Below, piece after piece: positions 49,570-59,693 of a stretch of DNA of 64,000 bases. The translations under genes and the position numbers were made by a program. How positions within the stretch are numbered: the first letter of the stretch is position 1; each line of letters opens with the position of its first letter. This stretch comes from a virus (taxonomy: Duplodnaviria; Caudoviricetes): IMG/VR virus record IMGVR_UViG_3300028886_000035, positions 32,001-96,000 of that record. The stretch is one strand, 5' to 3'. The notes beneath the pieces are model-generated. The model saw only the letters and a program-made list of their open reading frames with translations, did no database searches and was not told the DNA's origin.

Positions 49570-49955
49570 GAATGTATCTCCTTAAAATATTGAATTGTTT
49601 TTCTAAGCCCATTTCTAACATCATATTTTGGTTTCCAATTTAATATTTTATTTGCTTTTGTTATATCAGGTTTACGTTGTAAAGGGTCATCTTCAGGTAA
49701 ATCACAATATACATATTTTTGATTTACTTTCATTTCATCACATATTATATTAGCCAATTGTAATATTGTATATTCTTCATTATTACCAATATTAACAGGA
49801 AAATGATAATCTGATTTCATTAATTTTAATAACCCATCAATCAAATCATCTATATAACAAATACTCCTCGTTTGACTACCATCACCATATATAGTAATTG
49901 GTTTATTATCCAAAATTTGATTAATAAAATTAGATACTACACGACCATTTGTATA
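49566..49955 (-). pseudogene. C-terminal half of a UDP-glucuronate decarboxylase / NDP-sugar epimerase
   Basis: GRVVSNFI, YGDGSQTRSICYIDDL, PVNIGN, DDPLQRKPDI; Rossmann and YxxxK half missing. Confidence 0.8.
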
Positions 49956-50241
49956 ATAATACAACTTTTGTATCTGTATTCTTATATATTTCAGAAGCAT
50001 AGTCAACATATTTCATTATATCTTTATTCAAAAGCGGTTCCCCACCCATAATTTCAAAATATTTAGTATGACATACTTCTTTAATTATTTTTATATTCTT
50101 TTTAAATTTATCAAAATTAGACATAAATGGATTTTTATAATTAGCAATAGGAGCACAATTATTACATGATTTACAATTAAGATTACATATATCATTCGTC
50201 ATATATGCAATAAATTCAAGTTGTTGCACATTATCTCCCAC
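49930..50241 (-). pseudogene. N-terminal fragment of a radical SAM protein
   Basis: CNLNCKSC...API, MGGEPLL; breaks at the YTNG motif. Confidence 0.8.
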
Positions 50242-50950
50242 CCATTGTCCAATCTAAATTACTAAATATATCATTTAAACTCTTGTTAAATGGAGTACTT
50301 TCATGTACAATTGGCTTTGTCAAACCTTTTAAATTAGACATCGGTTTTTTATCTGCTACAATTTCTTTTTTCACATTATTTCTTGATTTTAATTTATTGC
50401 TTAAATCCATCATAGCATTATCCATAAATGTTTCTTCATTGTAGGAAGAAATATCTAAATCTCTATTAGCTTTTATATCACTTAATGACCTACTATCTCC
50501 ACCATCAAAACTAGTTGTTTTAGTTGTAGTAGGAATTTCTTTCGAAAAATCACCAATAATCGGTCCAGATTGCTTAATTTTTCTTAATGCTTTCTCTGCT
50601 TCTGTTAAGTTTTCATCTTCAGAATCATTTTCTTTTGCAATATTAGTAATTTCCATACTTACTTCAGAATGTACTTCATTAGCATAATCGTCAAATTCTT
50701 TATCTGATAAACTTTTTAATTCTAACAGTTTCGTTTCTCTATCAGATTCATCAATTAAATGTTTCTGTATAGCTTCATCAACGATTTTATCATATTTATC
50801 TGCAAATTGTGTCTTGCTAATAGTTTGTTTTGGTTCTTCAGAAATAACTTTATTTTCCTCTTTTATAAACAAATTATCTAACATAGCGTACTTAATACGA
50901 TAAAATTTTGGTCTTGGTTTAACTATTTTCAGTTTCAAAAAGTTTACCAC
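50231..50950 (-). CDS. Hypothetical head-module protein (scaffold-like)
   Basis: Charged helical protein between protease and capsid genes. Confidence 0.5.
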   Translation of the reverse strand: MVNFLKLKIVKPRPKFYRIKYAMLDNLFIKEENKVISEEPKQTISKTQFADKYDKIVDEAIQKHLIDESDRETKLLELKSLSDKEFDDYANEVHSEVSMEITNIAKENDSEDENLTEAEKALRKIKQSGPIIGDFSKEIPTTTKTTSFDGGDSRSLSDIKANRDLDISSYNEETFMDNAMMDLSNKLKSRNNVKKEIVADKKPMSNLKGLTKPIVHESTPFNKSLNDIFSNLDWTMGGR

Positions 50951-50957
50951 CTTTCAA

Positions 50958-51437
50958 TTATTCTTCAGGTTCAGGTTCTTCTGTTTTTTCTTCATTATTT
51001 TCACTATCTAAGTCGAAGTCTGTATCTTCATCAGAATCTTCTTCATTTTCTTCTTCTGATGTATCTTCTGTATTTTCATCTTTTTCAGGCATAGTATCAG
51101 CAGGAATTTCATCATTCAAGTTATAATCACTATTATCAGAATCTGGATTATCTTGATTACTCATATCAATTTGGTCTACATCATATTGTGGAACTAAATT
51201 AAAGTTTTCTAAATCATAACATACGCTAAATAGTCCATCCATAATTTTATCAACCATATCATATTGTTGATGGATTTTATCCCTTAATTCACTATTCGCA
51301 GAAACATTTGTACATTGTTCCATTTTAAATTTAAAATTTTCTAACTCTTTTAAAATTTTACGACCATCTCGTGCGACCCCTTTAACAACGCTTTCAATAG
51401 CTTCGGAATTATCTGCTTTAATTAATCTTTTATTCAT
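50958..51437 (-). CDS. Coiled-coil/acidic protein with N-terminal KRLIKA motif
   Basis: MNKRLIKAD, very acidic C-terminus. Confidence 0.65.
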   Translation of the reverse strand: MNKRLIKADNSEAIESVVKGVARDGRKILKELENFKFKMEQCTNVSANSELRDKIHQQYDMVDKIMDGLFSVCYDLENFNLVPQYDVDQIDMSNQDNPDSDNSDYNLNDEIPADTMPEKDENTEDTSEEENEEDSDEDTDFDLDSENNEEKTEEPEPEE

Positions 51438-51540
51438 AATTTATATTTCAACTCACTTTTATATTAAAACGATTTCATCTTCTATTTTAAAAATAAAAGT
51501 TTAATCACGTTATATATTATTATATTTATTTTATCACCAT

Positions 51541-51573
51541 AAAAAAGAAGTGGAGTATATTCCACTTCTTTTT
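51541..51573 (-). terminator. Rho-independent terminator
   Basis: AAAAAGAAGTGGA-GTATAT-TCCACTTCTTTT. Confidence 0.8.
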
Positions 51574-52471
51574 ATGACCAAGGAAGATTACTTAATTTAT
51601 CACTTAATGATTGTATTTTCCCATTAAACGTTCTTTGATTTTTCTCATTCCTATAAACATTATCTTCTTTATGATAATATTTTGGTACAAAAACATTAGA
51701 ACGGTTTTGTTTACTTGCAACTCTTTCTAATATTTTCGCATCTGGGTCTGCACCTTCAGTTACCAAACTATCTTCAAAAAATTCTACACCACGGTTATCT
51801 TCAAAAACAGGTAAACCATTATATGTTAAACCTTTATAATTTAAAATATGTTCACAAACATCATCGTTCGTTCTAGCTTCATGTCCACAAATTGAACAAA
51901 TTGCATATTCACAATGACAACCCATAGATGTATCTGTTACATATCTTTTTTCAATACCTGAAGCTAACTGTGGGAAAGCCTTTTTATCAATAGCTTCTAA
52001 TAATTCAACAAAATATCCATTTGTATTATAAATAGCATCTAATATAATACCACGAGCATCTTCTACATTTTCATCAACATGGTCAACAAATACTGATTTA
52101 CCAATAAATGTTTTATATGTTTTTAATAATTCTTCATGCGAGAAAAAATCTCCATTTAAATTAGCATTTCTGCAAACCTGTGAATATTTCGCAAAATCGT
52201 TATAATATTCTTCGATAGGAACTAATTCTACCGAACCACCTTTGTGTTCAATAACATTTCCTGCCGAAACTGCACGGTTTCTAATATATAAAAAATCTTT
52301 TTCTTTTGGAACAATCTTAACTACTTTGGCAGTCTTAGTTATATTATTCAAAGTTTTACTATCTTTTAATAAAGATAAATTTGCTTTATTGTTACCAAAT
52401 AATGTAACATTACCATTTTTTTCTAAAGTATAATCTTCTATACGACCTCTCGTATTATTAATAACAATCAT
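51572..52471 (-). CDS. Prohead (capsid maturation) protease with Zn-finger insert
   Basis: NANLNGDFF, VFVDH (His), GIILDA, TSMGC (Ser), CSICG...CEH, FEDSLVTEGAD. Confidence 0.75.
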   Translation of the reverse strand: MIVINNTRGRIEDYTLEKNGNVTLFGNNKANLSLLKDSKTLNNITKTAKVVKIVPKEKDFLYIRNRAVSAGNVIEHKGGSVELVPIEEYYNDFAKYSQVCRNANLNGDFFSHEELLKTYKTFIGKSVFVDHVDENVEDARGIILDAIYNTNGYFVELLEAIDKKAFPQLASGIEKRYVTDTSMGCHCEYAICSICGHEARTNDDVCEHILNYKGLTYNGLPVFEDNRGVEFFEDSLVTEGADPDAKILERVASKQNRSNVFVPKYYHKEDNVYRNEKNQRTFNGKIQSLSDKLSNLPWS

Positions 52472-52488
52472 TTATTTCACCACACTTG

Positions 52489-52788
52489 TTAAAGAGTTTC
52501 CCATATTTTAATTTCATGTAAATATCTACTTGCTACATCTAAACATTCTTGCCAATGTTTATCAACTTCTTCAATTGGACAAACTTCATCTAACAAACCA
52601 AATTGAATGGATTGAGCTAAATTATATGTTAATCCACCTGTGGGAACAAGTGGTAAATCTGCAAGAATTTTTTTTGCAATTAAAAACGCATTATTCGCGT
52701 TCATTTTATCTGTAGCTTGCTTTTTAACAAGAGTTGTGACAACATCATGCGTATACGGAGATACATGATTACTTAATCTTTTAAACAT
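52489..52788 (-). CDS. Small protein with N-terminal KRL motif
   Basis: MFKRLS; AGGAG RBS. Confidence 0.65.
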   Translation of the reverse strand: MFKRLSNHVSPYTHDVVTTLVKKQATDKMNANNAFLIAKKILADLPLVPTGGLTYNLAQSIQFGLLDEVCPIEEVDKHWQECLDVASRYLHEIKIWETL

Positions 52789-52827
52789 TTAATTTTCTCT
52801 CCTTTATATATATAAACGGAGATAATA

Positions 52828-53145
52828 TTAGTTTTCATCTAACGCTTGTTTAATTGTTTTATTTTCAATTTTCTTTACAGGTGAAAAATCATAATCTGAT
52901 AATTGCGATTTTAATACATCATAAAATCTTTCATCTTTTAATGTTATTTTTTCTTTCATCTGTACATAGGATGAACCAACCTTATCCCCTGTTCTTGTTG
53001 TTAAATAAGGAATATCGGTCAAAATATTCAATATATTGTTTAAATTAACATCTTCATTATTGACAAATCCTATATTTTCATTTTGTTCATCAATAACTAT
53101 TTTTGCTAACGCTTTTGTATTTTTATAAATATCAAATGTATACAT
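52828..53145 (-). CDS. Hypothetical protein
   Basis: 105 aa, AGGTG RBS. Confidence 0.6.
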   Translation of the reverse strand: MYTFDIYKNTKALAKIVIDEQNENIGFVNNEDVNLNNILNILTDIPYLTTRTGDKVGSSYVQMKEKITLKDERFYDVLKSQLSDYDFSPVKKIENKTIKQALDEN

Positions 53146-53151
53146 ATTTTA

Positions 53152-54168
53152 TCACCTTTCAATTTCATTAGCCCAATAATCAAACATTTTCTTATCTAGT
53201 TGCTTCAGTTTATCAGGAGATAAAATATATGCTATAAAAGTTTCAACATAATAATATTCAGGACTCTGTCCTGCTAAATAATTAATAAATTTGTCCTTTG
53301 AAAAAATCACGTCTTTGTGTAGTTTATCATAATAATAATTTTTCACTTCATCAGGAACTTCTTGTAAATCATTTAACGCTTTTAATATATAGTATTGAAA
53401 CGATTTTATATCAAATTTTATATAATATGTGTTTTCATTATTATCATATAAATATTCAATTAAATCTGTTATATCTTTGTATTTTTCTTCCAAATCAAAT
53501 TCTTGTACAAATTTAATTTTAATTTTATCTTTTATATATCGTGAATATCTTAAAGATACCAATTTATAAAATGAAGATACTTGTCGCTTATATTTTTTCG
53601 GTACATTATAAAAATGTATTCCATTTGAAATAAGATTATCTGTTTCAATCGTATCTACTTTTTTCACGAAATAAGAATCGCAATCATCTTGTTCAATAAA
53701 ATCTTTTGTAATCAATCCATTTTCCGATACAAATTTACATACAGGGCAAGAAGATTCATGACAAACAAATTCAGTATCTAAATTATTTTCTTGAATAATG
53801 ATATATTGTAAATTTTTATACAAATATTGGATTTCTTTATTTACAATTTGTTCAAATGAATTTAAAAAATTTATATTAAATTCATGATAAACATTATTGA
53901 TTTTTTCTAATACTAAATATACTTCCATTTTCCAATCTTCTAATGATAAAGTATATTTTTCTATAAAATCTTTATACTGATTAGATGGTATATAATCTTC
54001 ATATACAGATTTTATTGCGCATTGACTAATTACATTAACATTATGTTGTAATTCTTGTTTAATCGATTCCGCTTTATCATATAATGGAGCGTTTAAATAA
54101 TCGTTATTTAGTATTTCATTTATTTGTAATATCAAATCTTTAGAAATGTTTCTAATAGTATGTTCCAT
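53152..54168 (-). CDS. MuF/SPP1-gp7-like minor head protein with C-terminal extension
   Basis: Directly after the portal; helical N-terminus then CHESSCPVC. Confidence 0.45.
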   Translation of the reverse strand: MEHTIRNISKDLILQINEILNNDYLNAPLYDKAESIKQELQHNVNVISQCAIKSVYEDYIPSNQYKDFIEKYTLSLEDWKMEVYLVLEKINNVYHEFNINFLNSFEQIVNKEIQYLYKNLQYIIIQENNLDTEFVCHESSCPVCKFVSENGLITKDFIEQDDCDSYFVKKVDTIETDNLISNGIHFYNVPKKYKRQVSSFYKLVSLRYSRYIKDKIKIKFVQEFDLEEKYKDITDLIEYLYDNNENTYYIKFDIKSFQYYILKALNDLQEVPDEVKNYYYDKLHKDVIFSKDKFINYLAGQSPEYYYVETFIAYILSPDKLKQLDKKMFDYWANEIER

Positions 54169-54181
54169 TATATTTTACCTC

Positions 54182-55924
54182 TTATTCATCTTTTATTTTT
54201 TTATTTGTAAAAGTTTTTCCCCTTCTATTAAAGAATTTATCTAAATCTAACGAAGTTTTTACATCATGAGTTTGTAAACCAAAATCTTCAGGATTGTTAC
54301 CTATACTTGGCGTATTTGATGGAGAACTAGGTCTATTAAACGAATTTTCTTCTTCATTTTCTTCACGAGACGGCTTGTTTTCTCTAATTGTATCGCCTGT
54401 CTCATATTCATTAACAATAGGTTTACCTTCATTTGGAAGCGGACCAGTTTTTGGAGCATTCTCGTCGAAAACGCTACCCCTTTCTCTTTCAAGATTGCGT
54501 TTTTCTGTTTCAGGGTCAAGACTAAGTAAAGGCAATACGGTTGTCATTGAAACTAAACCTTTATCACGTAAACTTTGAATAAATGACATTACTGTTTGAT
54601 TTGACGTTAAATCCTGATGTTGCCATAATAATTTTGGTACAATCAATTCCATCTCTTTATTCGCAGCAGCACGTTTAATTTCTTTTGGAGACATATATCT
54701 ACGAGCAATAGAACCATTAATAGGTTTATAAAAACCTTGTGTTTCTGCAATAGGTTTATACACTTTATTTCTAATCCATGATTCCAAACGTAATCTATAA
54801 GCCATATATCTTCTTGCTAATGCTTCTGCGCCAACATTTGCAGCTGAATAAGCAGAACCATCACCATTTAACATAGCTTGTGTAATACCTAATCCTGTCA
54901 TTAATTCATTTTGAATAAAATCAAACTCTGTATTTAATGGAAGGATTTTACCTGTAGAACCAACATACTCAAATGATAATCCATAATGATATACTAAGAA
55001 GAAGTTTGGGTCATCCTCACCTTCCATTAATATATCACGAAAACTATCAATATCATCCTGTGTAGGCATTGGTTCACCAGGCGTACCTATTTTAGCTACA
55101 CGTAAAGGCATAATATGTCTATTAGCTATTGCATCCTGTGCTTGTCTTAATTTATCTTTATAAATTAAAGTTTTAAAACAACGCATCATTAAAGGTGTTC
55201 CCCATGTTTCATAAGGACTTGCTTTGTGTGCAATATGAGAAATCAAACGATTATCTAATGATATATTTTTACCCATTTTTACTTGTGTAATTATATCATC
55301 AGGGAATTGTCTATATAATTCTCCAAATTCTCCTGATGGACCACCTGAAATTATATTTGTAATTTGGTCATCAGGAATCAATTCAATTTGTTGTTCGCCT
55401 GCAAAAATAGAAGCGGTTACATTTACATAATCAGGATTTAATAATGTAAAGTTTTCCCAAATTCCTTCAGATTCATTAAATTGACCGAAAGGAAATACGT
55501 CTCCTATTTTCCAATATTCTAATCCAATTTCCAATAATAAATTAATTAAATCAAGTTTATCAAACGCCATATAATCAAAAAAACGTTTAATATATGGGTC
55601 ACTACAAACATTACTTAAATCAGAAATTGGAAATTCTGTATGTAAATCTAATGCCGTAGCAATTATCGGTTCAGTTCTATAAAAATGTCTGCACCACTCA
55701 TTACGTTCACGTCTATCACGAGGCAACAACATATTTGTTGTCTGAAATAATGGCTGATAGAATGTTGGATTACCCATTCTAACAACACCACTAGAAGCGT
55801 GTACAGTTTTCCCACGTTTCATTCTTGATTGTATTCTTTTTGGTAAATCTGATTTATTTACAATACTATTTTTTGCAAGATTACCATCATATCCTGCGGT
55901 AACAGTTTTATGATTTTTTCTCAA
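54182..55924 (-). CDS. Portal protein
   Basis: WCRHFYRTEPIIATALDLHTEFP, HIAHKASPYETWGTPL, TGLGITQAMLNG; upstream of protease and capsid genes. Confidence 0.82.
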   Translation of the reverse strand: MRKNHKTVTAGYDGNLAKNSIVNKSDLPKRIQSRMKRGKTVHASSGVVRMGNPTFYQPLFQTTNMLLPRDRRERNEWCRHFYRTEPIIATALDLHTEFPISDLSNVCSDPYIKRFFDYMAFDKLDLINLLLEIGLEYWKIGDVFPFGQFNESEGIWENFTLLNPDYVNVTASIFAGEQQIELIPDDQITNIISGGPSGEFGELYRQFPDDIITQVKMGKNISLDNRLISHIAHKASPYETWGTPLMMRCFKTLIYKDKLRQAQDAIANRHIMPLRVAKIGTPGEPMPTQDDIDSFRDILMEGEDDPNFFLVYHYGLSFEYVGSTGKILPLNTEFDFIQNELMTGLGITQAMLNGDGSAYSAANVGAEALARRYMAYRLRLESWIRNKVYKPIAETQGFYKPINGSIARRYMSPKEIKRAAANKEMELIVPKLLWQHQDLTSNQTVMSFIQSLRDKGLVSMTTVLPLLSLDPETEKRNLERERGSVFDENAPKTGPLPNEGKPIVNEYETGDTIRENKPSREENEEENSFNRPSSPSNTPSIGNNPEDFGLQTHDVKTSLDLDKFFNRRGKTFTNKKIKDE

Positions 55925-56094
55925 ATTGTTTCACCTAACTTCCTATTAAAAGAAAGAATTATCTACAAAAAATATATATAGCACAATACATTTTATGTCT
56001 TATTTTATCTCTATCATTTATTATACAAAAACAAATAATAAAATTATAATTATTTGTATACATTTGTTAATAAATTTAATATAATAAATAAGAA

Positions 56095-56336
56095 TTATTA
56101 TGTATGGATAGCAATAAGATGTTCTTTAATTCTATTCGTGGTCGATATACATAATCAGTCTTAAAGAATGTGACTGTAATTACATTCTCGTACTAATAAA
56201 TATTAGTACATATATTTAATTTTATATTTTTAAAATACCATGTTTCATTTGACCTCTGGTGAGCATAGTAACGGTGCTCAGAGTTTAGAATTCTAAACAA
56301 AAATATACATTCTTTTACCTATGAATATATATTTTT
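56095..56336. ncRNA. Candidate structured RNA or cis-element upstream of the portal
   Basis: Six consecutive inverted repeats in a 470-bp ORF-free gap. Confidence 0.35.
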
Positions 56337-56346
56337 GACGTTATAC

Positions 56347-56379
56347 AAAAAAAGTCATTCATTTAAGAATGACTTTTTT
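56347..56379 (-). terminator. Rho-independent terminator
   Basis: AAAAAAGTCATTC-6nt-GAATGACTTTTTT. Confidence 0.8.
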
Positions 56380-56394
56380 CTTTATATTTAAAAT

Positions 56395-58779
56395 TTATTC
56401 AACTTTAGATGTAGAAATTGTACCATCATCGGCTACTACCAAACGATATTTTGTACCATTAGCAGAACTTAATACAACAGAAGTTGCATTATCAGTTTTC
56501 TTTGCATAATTAGCTAATTCTGTCTTTGTAGCAAATGAAGATTGAGCACTTTGTAAATCTGCAACATCTGTAGCTTTTGCATAATCAACAAGCGTATTTG
56601 TAAGAGTTGCTTTTGAAACCACGTCTGCCGTTTTTGCATAAGAAGCAAGTTTCATATCAACAGAACTTTTAAGAGCTACATTTGTATCAATAAAGTCTTT
56701 ATCATAAACATCTGCTACATTTGCTTTAGAATCAATTAATGTAGATTTAGCATATTTACTTAATTTTGTATCTAAATCTGTCTTAGTAACATAAGCATCT
56801 AAATCTGTATCATCTGCTTTTGTAGAAAGTAAATTAATTAATTCTGCTTTGTTACCTTTATCTGCTAATTTAGCATCAATATCATCTTTTGTATATACAT
56901 CGGCAACTTTAACTGCTTGTGTTTGAAGTACATTAAAATCTGCTTTTGTAACATAGTTACTTAATTTACTATCAATAACTGCGGAAGAATAATATTGTGC
57001 TTTATCTGCTTTTTCATTTAAAGCTGTATTAACTGCGGTTGTATCAGCTTTAGAACTTAACAATGTATCAACAGAAGTCTTTGTATATACATTATTAGAT
57101 TTTGCATAGTTGTTCAATGTAGCAACAACATCATCTGATTTTGCATAGGGTAATAACTGACTAGCTATTTCCACTTTAGTATATACTTTATTCAAATCAG
57201 CTTTATTTGTTAATTTAATATCAACATCATCTTTTGTATATACATCTGCTACATTTGCTTTCGTTGCAAATAATCCATCTGCACTAGTCTTATCATATAC
57301 ATCTGCTACATTTGCCTTATCGTTAAGAGCAGTATCTACTTCATCTTTCTTATACGTATTTAAAGCAAGAGCGAATTTACCATCTGCTTCTGTCTTTGTA
57401 TAAGTCGTAGCTACATCTGCTTTTAATGTTAAGAAACCATCAACATCTATTTTATTATATACATCTAATGTATTGGCTTTTAGTGCAAGAGCATTATCTA
57501 CTTCTGACTGTGTGTAAACAGTAGAAATATCTGCTTTATTCAATAAAAGACCATCTACTTCAGATTTTGTATAAGTAGTTGCCTTATCTGCTTTATCAGC
57601 TAATAAAGTATCTGCTTGTGTTTTATCATAAACGGAAGTAATATCTGCTTTATTATTTAATAAGGCATCAGCGTCAACTTTACTATATACATCTGCAACA
57701 TTGGCTTTTTTTAACATTGACATATCGGTTTCTGCTTTTGTATAAGCGTCGCCAACATTAGCTTTACCCATCAACTTAGCGTCAATCTGTGCTTCTGTAT
57801 ACAGTACATTAATGTCCATTTTTCCTGCAAGCATTTCATCAATTGACTTACGAGAATAAGTAAACTTATCATCAATCTTATTCTTTAACATATCGTCAAT
57901 ATCTGCTTTGTTGTATACATCATCAGAATTTGCTTTTAATGCAATTGCAGAAATACGTGGGTCATTATCACCAATAGCAATTGGGTCAAATGCATTAGCT
58001 GGTTCAACAGAAAGTTTTACAACACCTTTAGCAGAAGCCGTAGCATCTTTTAAAGTACCATCAATATTGACATAGGAAACAAATTCATTCCATGTAGAAC
58101 CATCATTAGTAAATTCCCAAGAACCTTTCTTTTCGTTATAACGTAATCCTACAGAATTTTCGTCACCACGGTTTACAGAAATTCCAACATTTGCAGTTGG
58201 TTCACCTGTTTGTGCTTGATTTAAAATAAATGTTGCCGTATTTGTACCTTTAATATTATCAAGTTTTAAATCAAGTTTATCCAAATCTGCATAAGTAGCT
58301 TTATCTGCTAATGTTTCTTTTAAATTAGTAATAGCAGAAATTGGATGGCAATTTGGTAAATCTGTATTCTCTAATAAACTATGGTCACCAGGATATGAGC
58401 CACTAGACATAAATGGACGAATATCAAAAATCATATCATTTGTGATTTTTGCAGTCGTAGCTTTTAAATAAATAGCAGCTAATGGTAAATAATCTTTTGG
58501 AACGACAGGTACTTCAGGTTTTGAATCTGGTTTACCTTCTACAACAGATAATGTACCTTGCTTATTTAAACAAATAACAACCCATTCATTATTTGTTGCA
58601 GGAGCTTTAATAACAGGAGAAGTACCACCTTCATATTCAACAATCTTCATACCTTCGGTATAAAAAGAACCTTCGTTAATAGCAACTGTCATATTTGGGT
58701 CTGCTTGTGCATAAACACGTAATTCTTCTGTAAAAGCACCTATTTTACGATAATTGCTACCTGAAACTGGTTTATTCAT
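56395..58779 (-). CDS. Virion fibre protein with ~19-aa KAD/YTK repeats
   Basis: Many copies of KA(D/N)xxxVY(T/D)Kx(E/D)xDxxL; ATASAKGVVKLS fibre motif; C-terminal LSSANGTKYRLVVADDG. Confidence 0.7.
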   Translation of the reverse strand: MNKPVSGSNYRKIGAFTEELRVYAQADPNMTVAINEGSFYTEGMKIVEYEGGTSPVIKAPATNNEWVVICLNKQGTLSVVEGKPDSKPEVPVVPKDYLPLAAIYLKATTAKITNDMIFDIRPFMSSGSYPGDHSLLENTDLPNCHPISAITNLKETLADKATYADLDKLDLKLDNIKGTNTATFILNQAQTGEPTANVGISVNRGDENSVGLRYNEKKGSWEFTNDGSTWNEFVSYVNIDGTLKDATASAKGVVKLSVEPANAFDPIAIGDNDPRISAIALKANSDDVYNKADIDDMLKNKIDDKFTYSRKSIDEMLAGKMDINVLYTEAQIDAKLMGKANVGDAYTKAETDMSMLKKANVADVYSKVDADALLNNKADITSVYDKTQADTLLADKADKATTYTKSEVDGLLLNKADISTVYTQSEVDNALALKANTLDVYNKIDVDGFLTLKADVATTYTKTEADGKFALALNTYKKDEVDTALNDKANVADVYDKTSADGLFATKANVADVYTKDDVDIKLTNKADLNKVYTKVEIASQLLPYAKSDDVVATLNNYAKSNNVYTKTSVDTLLSSKADTTAVNTALNEKADKAQYYSSAVIDSKLSNYVTKADFNVLQTQAVKVADVYTKDDIDAKLADKGNKAELINLLSTKADDTDLDAYVTKTDLDTKLSKYAKSTLIDSKANVADVYDKDFIDTNVALKSSVDMKLASYAKTADVVSKATLTNTLVDYAKATDVADLQSAQSSFATKTELANYAKKTDNATSVVLSSANGTKYRLVVADDGTISTSKVE

Positions 58780-58967
58780 AGTATTGTTTCACCTCTACTT
58801 ATATATCTATAAATGATTTCTTTGTCTATGAAAATATCATAGAAGATAATTCCTTACGAATAAAATGAACGGTATTCACCGTATTTTTCATTCCTACAAA
58901 GTATATATATCTTTTTATTTTTATAATTTTTATATTTATACGCATAATAATTATCATTGAATATAAA

Positions 58968-58998
58968 AAACGATATTACATTTTTACGTAATATCGTT
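58968..58998 (-). terminator. Rho-independent terminator
   Basis: AACGATATTAC...GTAATATCGTT. Confidence 0.7.
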
Positions 58999-59006
58999 AA
59001 AAATAT

Positions 59007-59369
59007 TTATTGTTTTTTTATAGAATCTGAAATAGCACTTACAACACTACCATCTTCCATTTGTAATTCATAAACTTGTTTATAATTTTTTTCAAATGGT
59101 CCAAAAACAACAGTAGCTTGTTTTTTACGATAAATAACAATATCTCCAATATCAAATAATTTAATTGGCTTTTTTTTCTTCTTCATCGTTGTGGCTTTTG
59201 CTTTTATTTGTTTAGATGGCATTTGATTATTATCTAAATTATTTAAAATATCATCGTCATTGAAATTAAATGAATTGTTATTTTTTTCTTCTTCATCATA
59301 TTCATATGAATAATTTTCGTTATTTGAATATACATCTTCTTTATTATAATTGTCATTTTGTAGAAACAT
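59007..59369 (-). CDS. Hypothetical protein with a C-terminal SH3/KOW-like barrel
   Basis: FDIGDIVIY...ATVV...YELQMEDG; GGAG RBS. Confidence 0.55.
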   Translation of the reverse strand: MFLQNDNYNKEDVYSNNENYSYEYDEEEKNNNSFNFNDDDILNNLDNNQMPSKQIKAKATTMKKKKKPIKLFDIGDIVIYRKKQATVVFGPFEKNYKQVYELQMEDGSVVSAISDSIKKQ

Positions 59370-59451
59370 TCTATTTCCTCCATATTATTATCATATATAT
59401 TGTATCACCACAAAAATATATTTTCATATAGTATTTTATAACAGATATATA

Positions 59452-59633
59452 AAAATACCAACAAATAAATTTATTTGTTGGTATTTTAGAATATTATAAC
59501 AAAGAAAGAGGTACAAAACTCTTTATATGGAGTATAGAAAGCTCTTCTTTAAAATAGGAATGATGTTCTGTGTCAACATCATATGGATAACATCATGGAC
59601 AATATGAATTGTTACCTACTTCCCATTTGTTAT
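59452..59633 (-). ncRNA. Candidate small RNA with its own promoter and terminator
   Basis: Promoter at 59638-59666, three stem-loops, 36-bp perfect palindrome terminator at 59452-59487. Confidence 0.55.
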
Positions 59634-59637
59634 CCAT

Positions 59638-59666
59638 ATTATACAATAAAAATAAAAACTCGTCAA
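59638..59666 (-). promoter_or_regulatory. Sigma-A-type promoter
   Basis: TTGACG-17nt-TATAAT; the -35 lies within a terminator arm. Confidence 0.7.
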
Positions 59667-59688
59667 GCATTTTTTTGCTTGACGAGTT
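59657..59688 (-). terminator. Rho-independent terminator
   Basis: AACTCGTCAAGC-8nt-GCTTGACGAGTT. Confidence 0.8.
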
Positions 59689-59693
59689 AATTA

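Noticed and set aside
49566-50009. Intact 147-aa epimerase as listed in the ORF track
   Set aside because: Its first residues are an out-of-frame read of the rSAM fragment, and the NAD-binding half is missing
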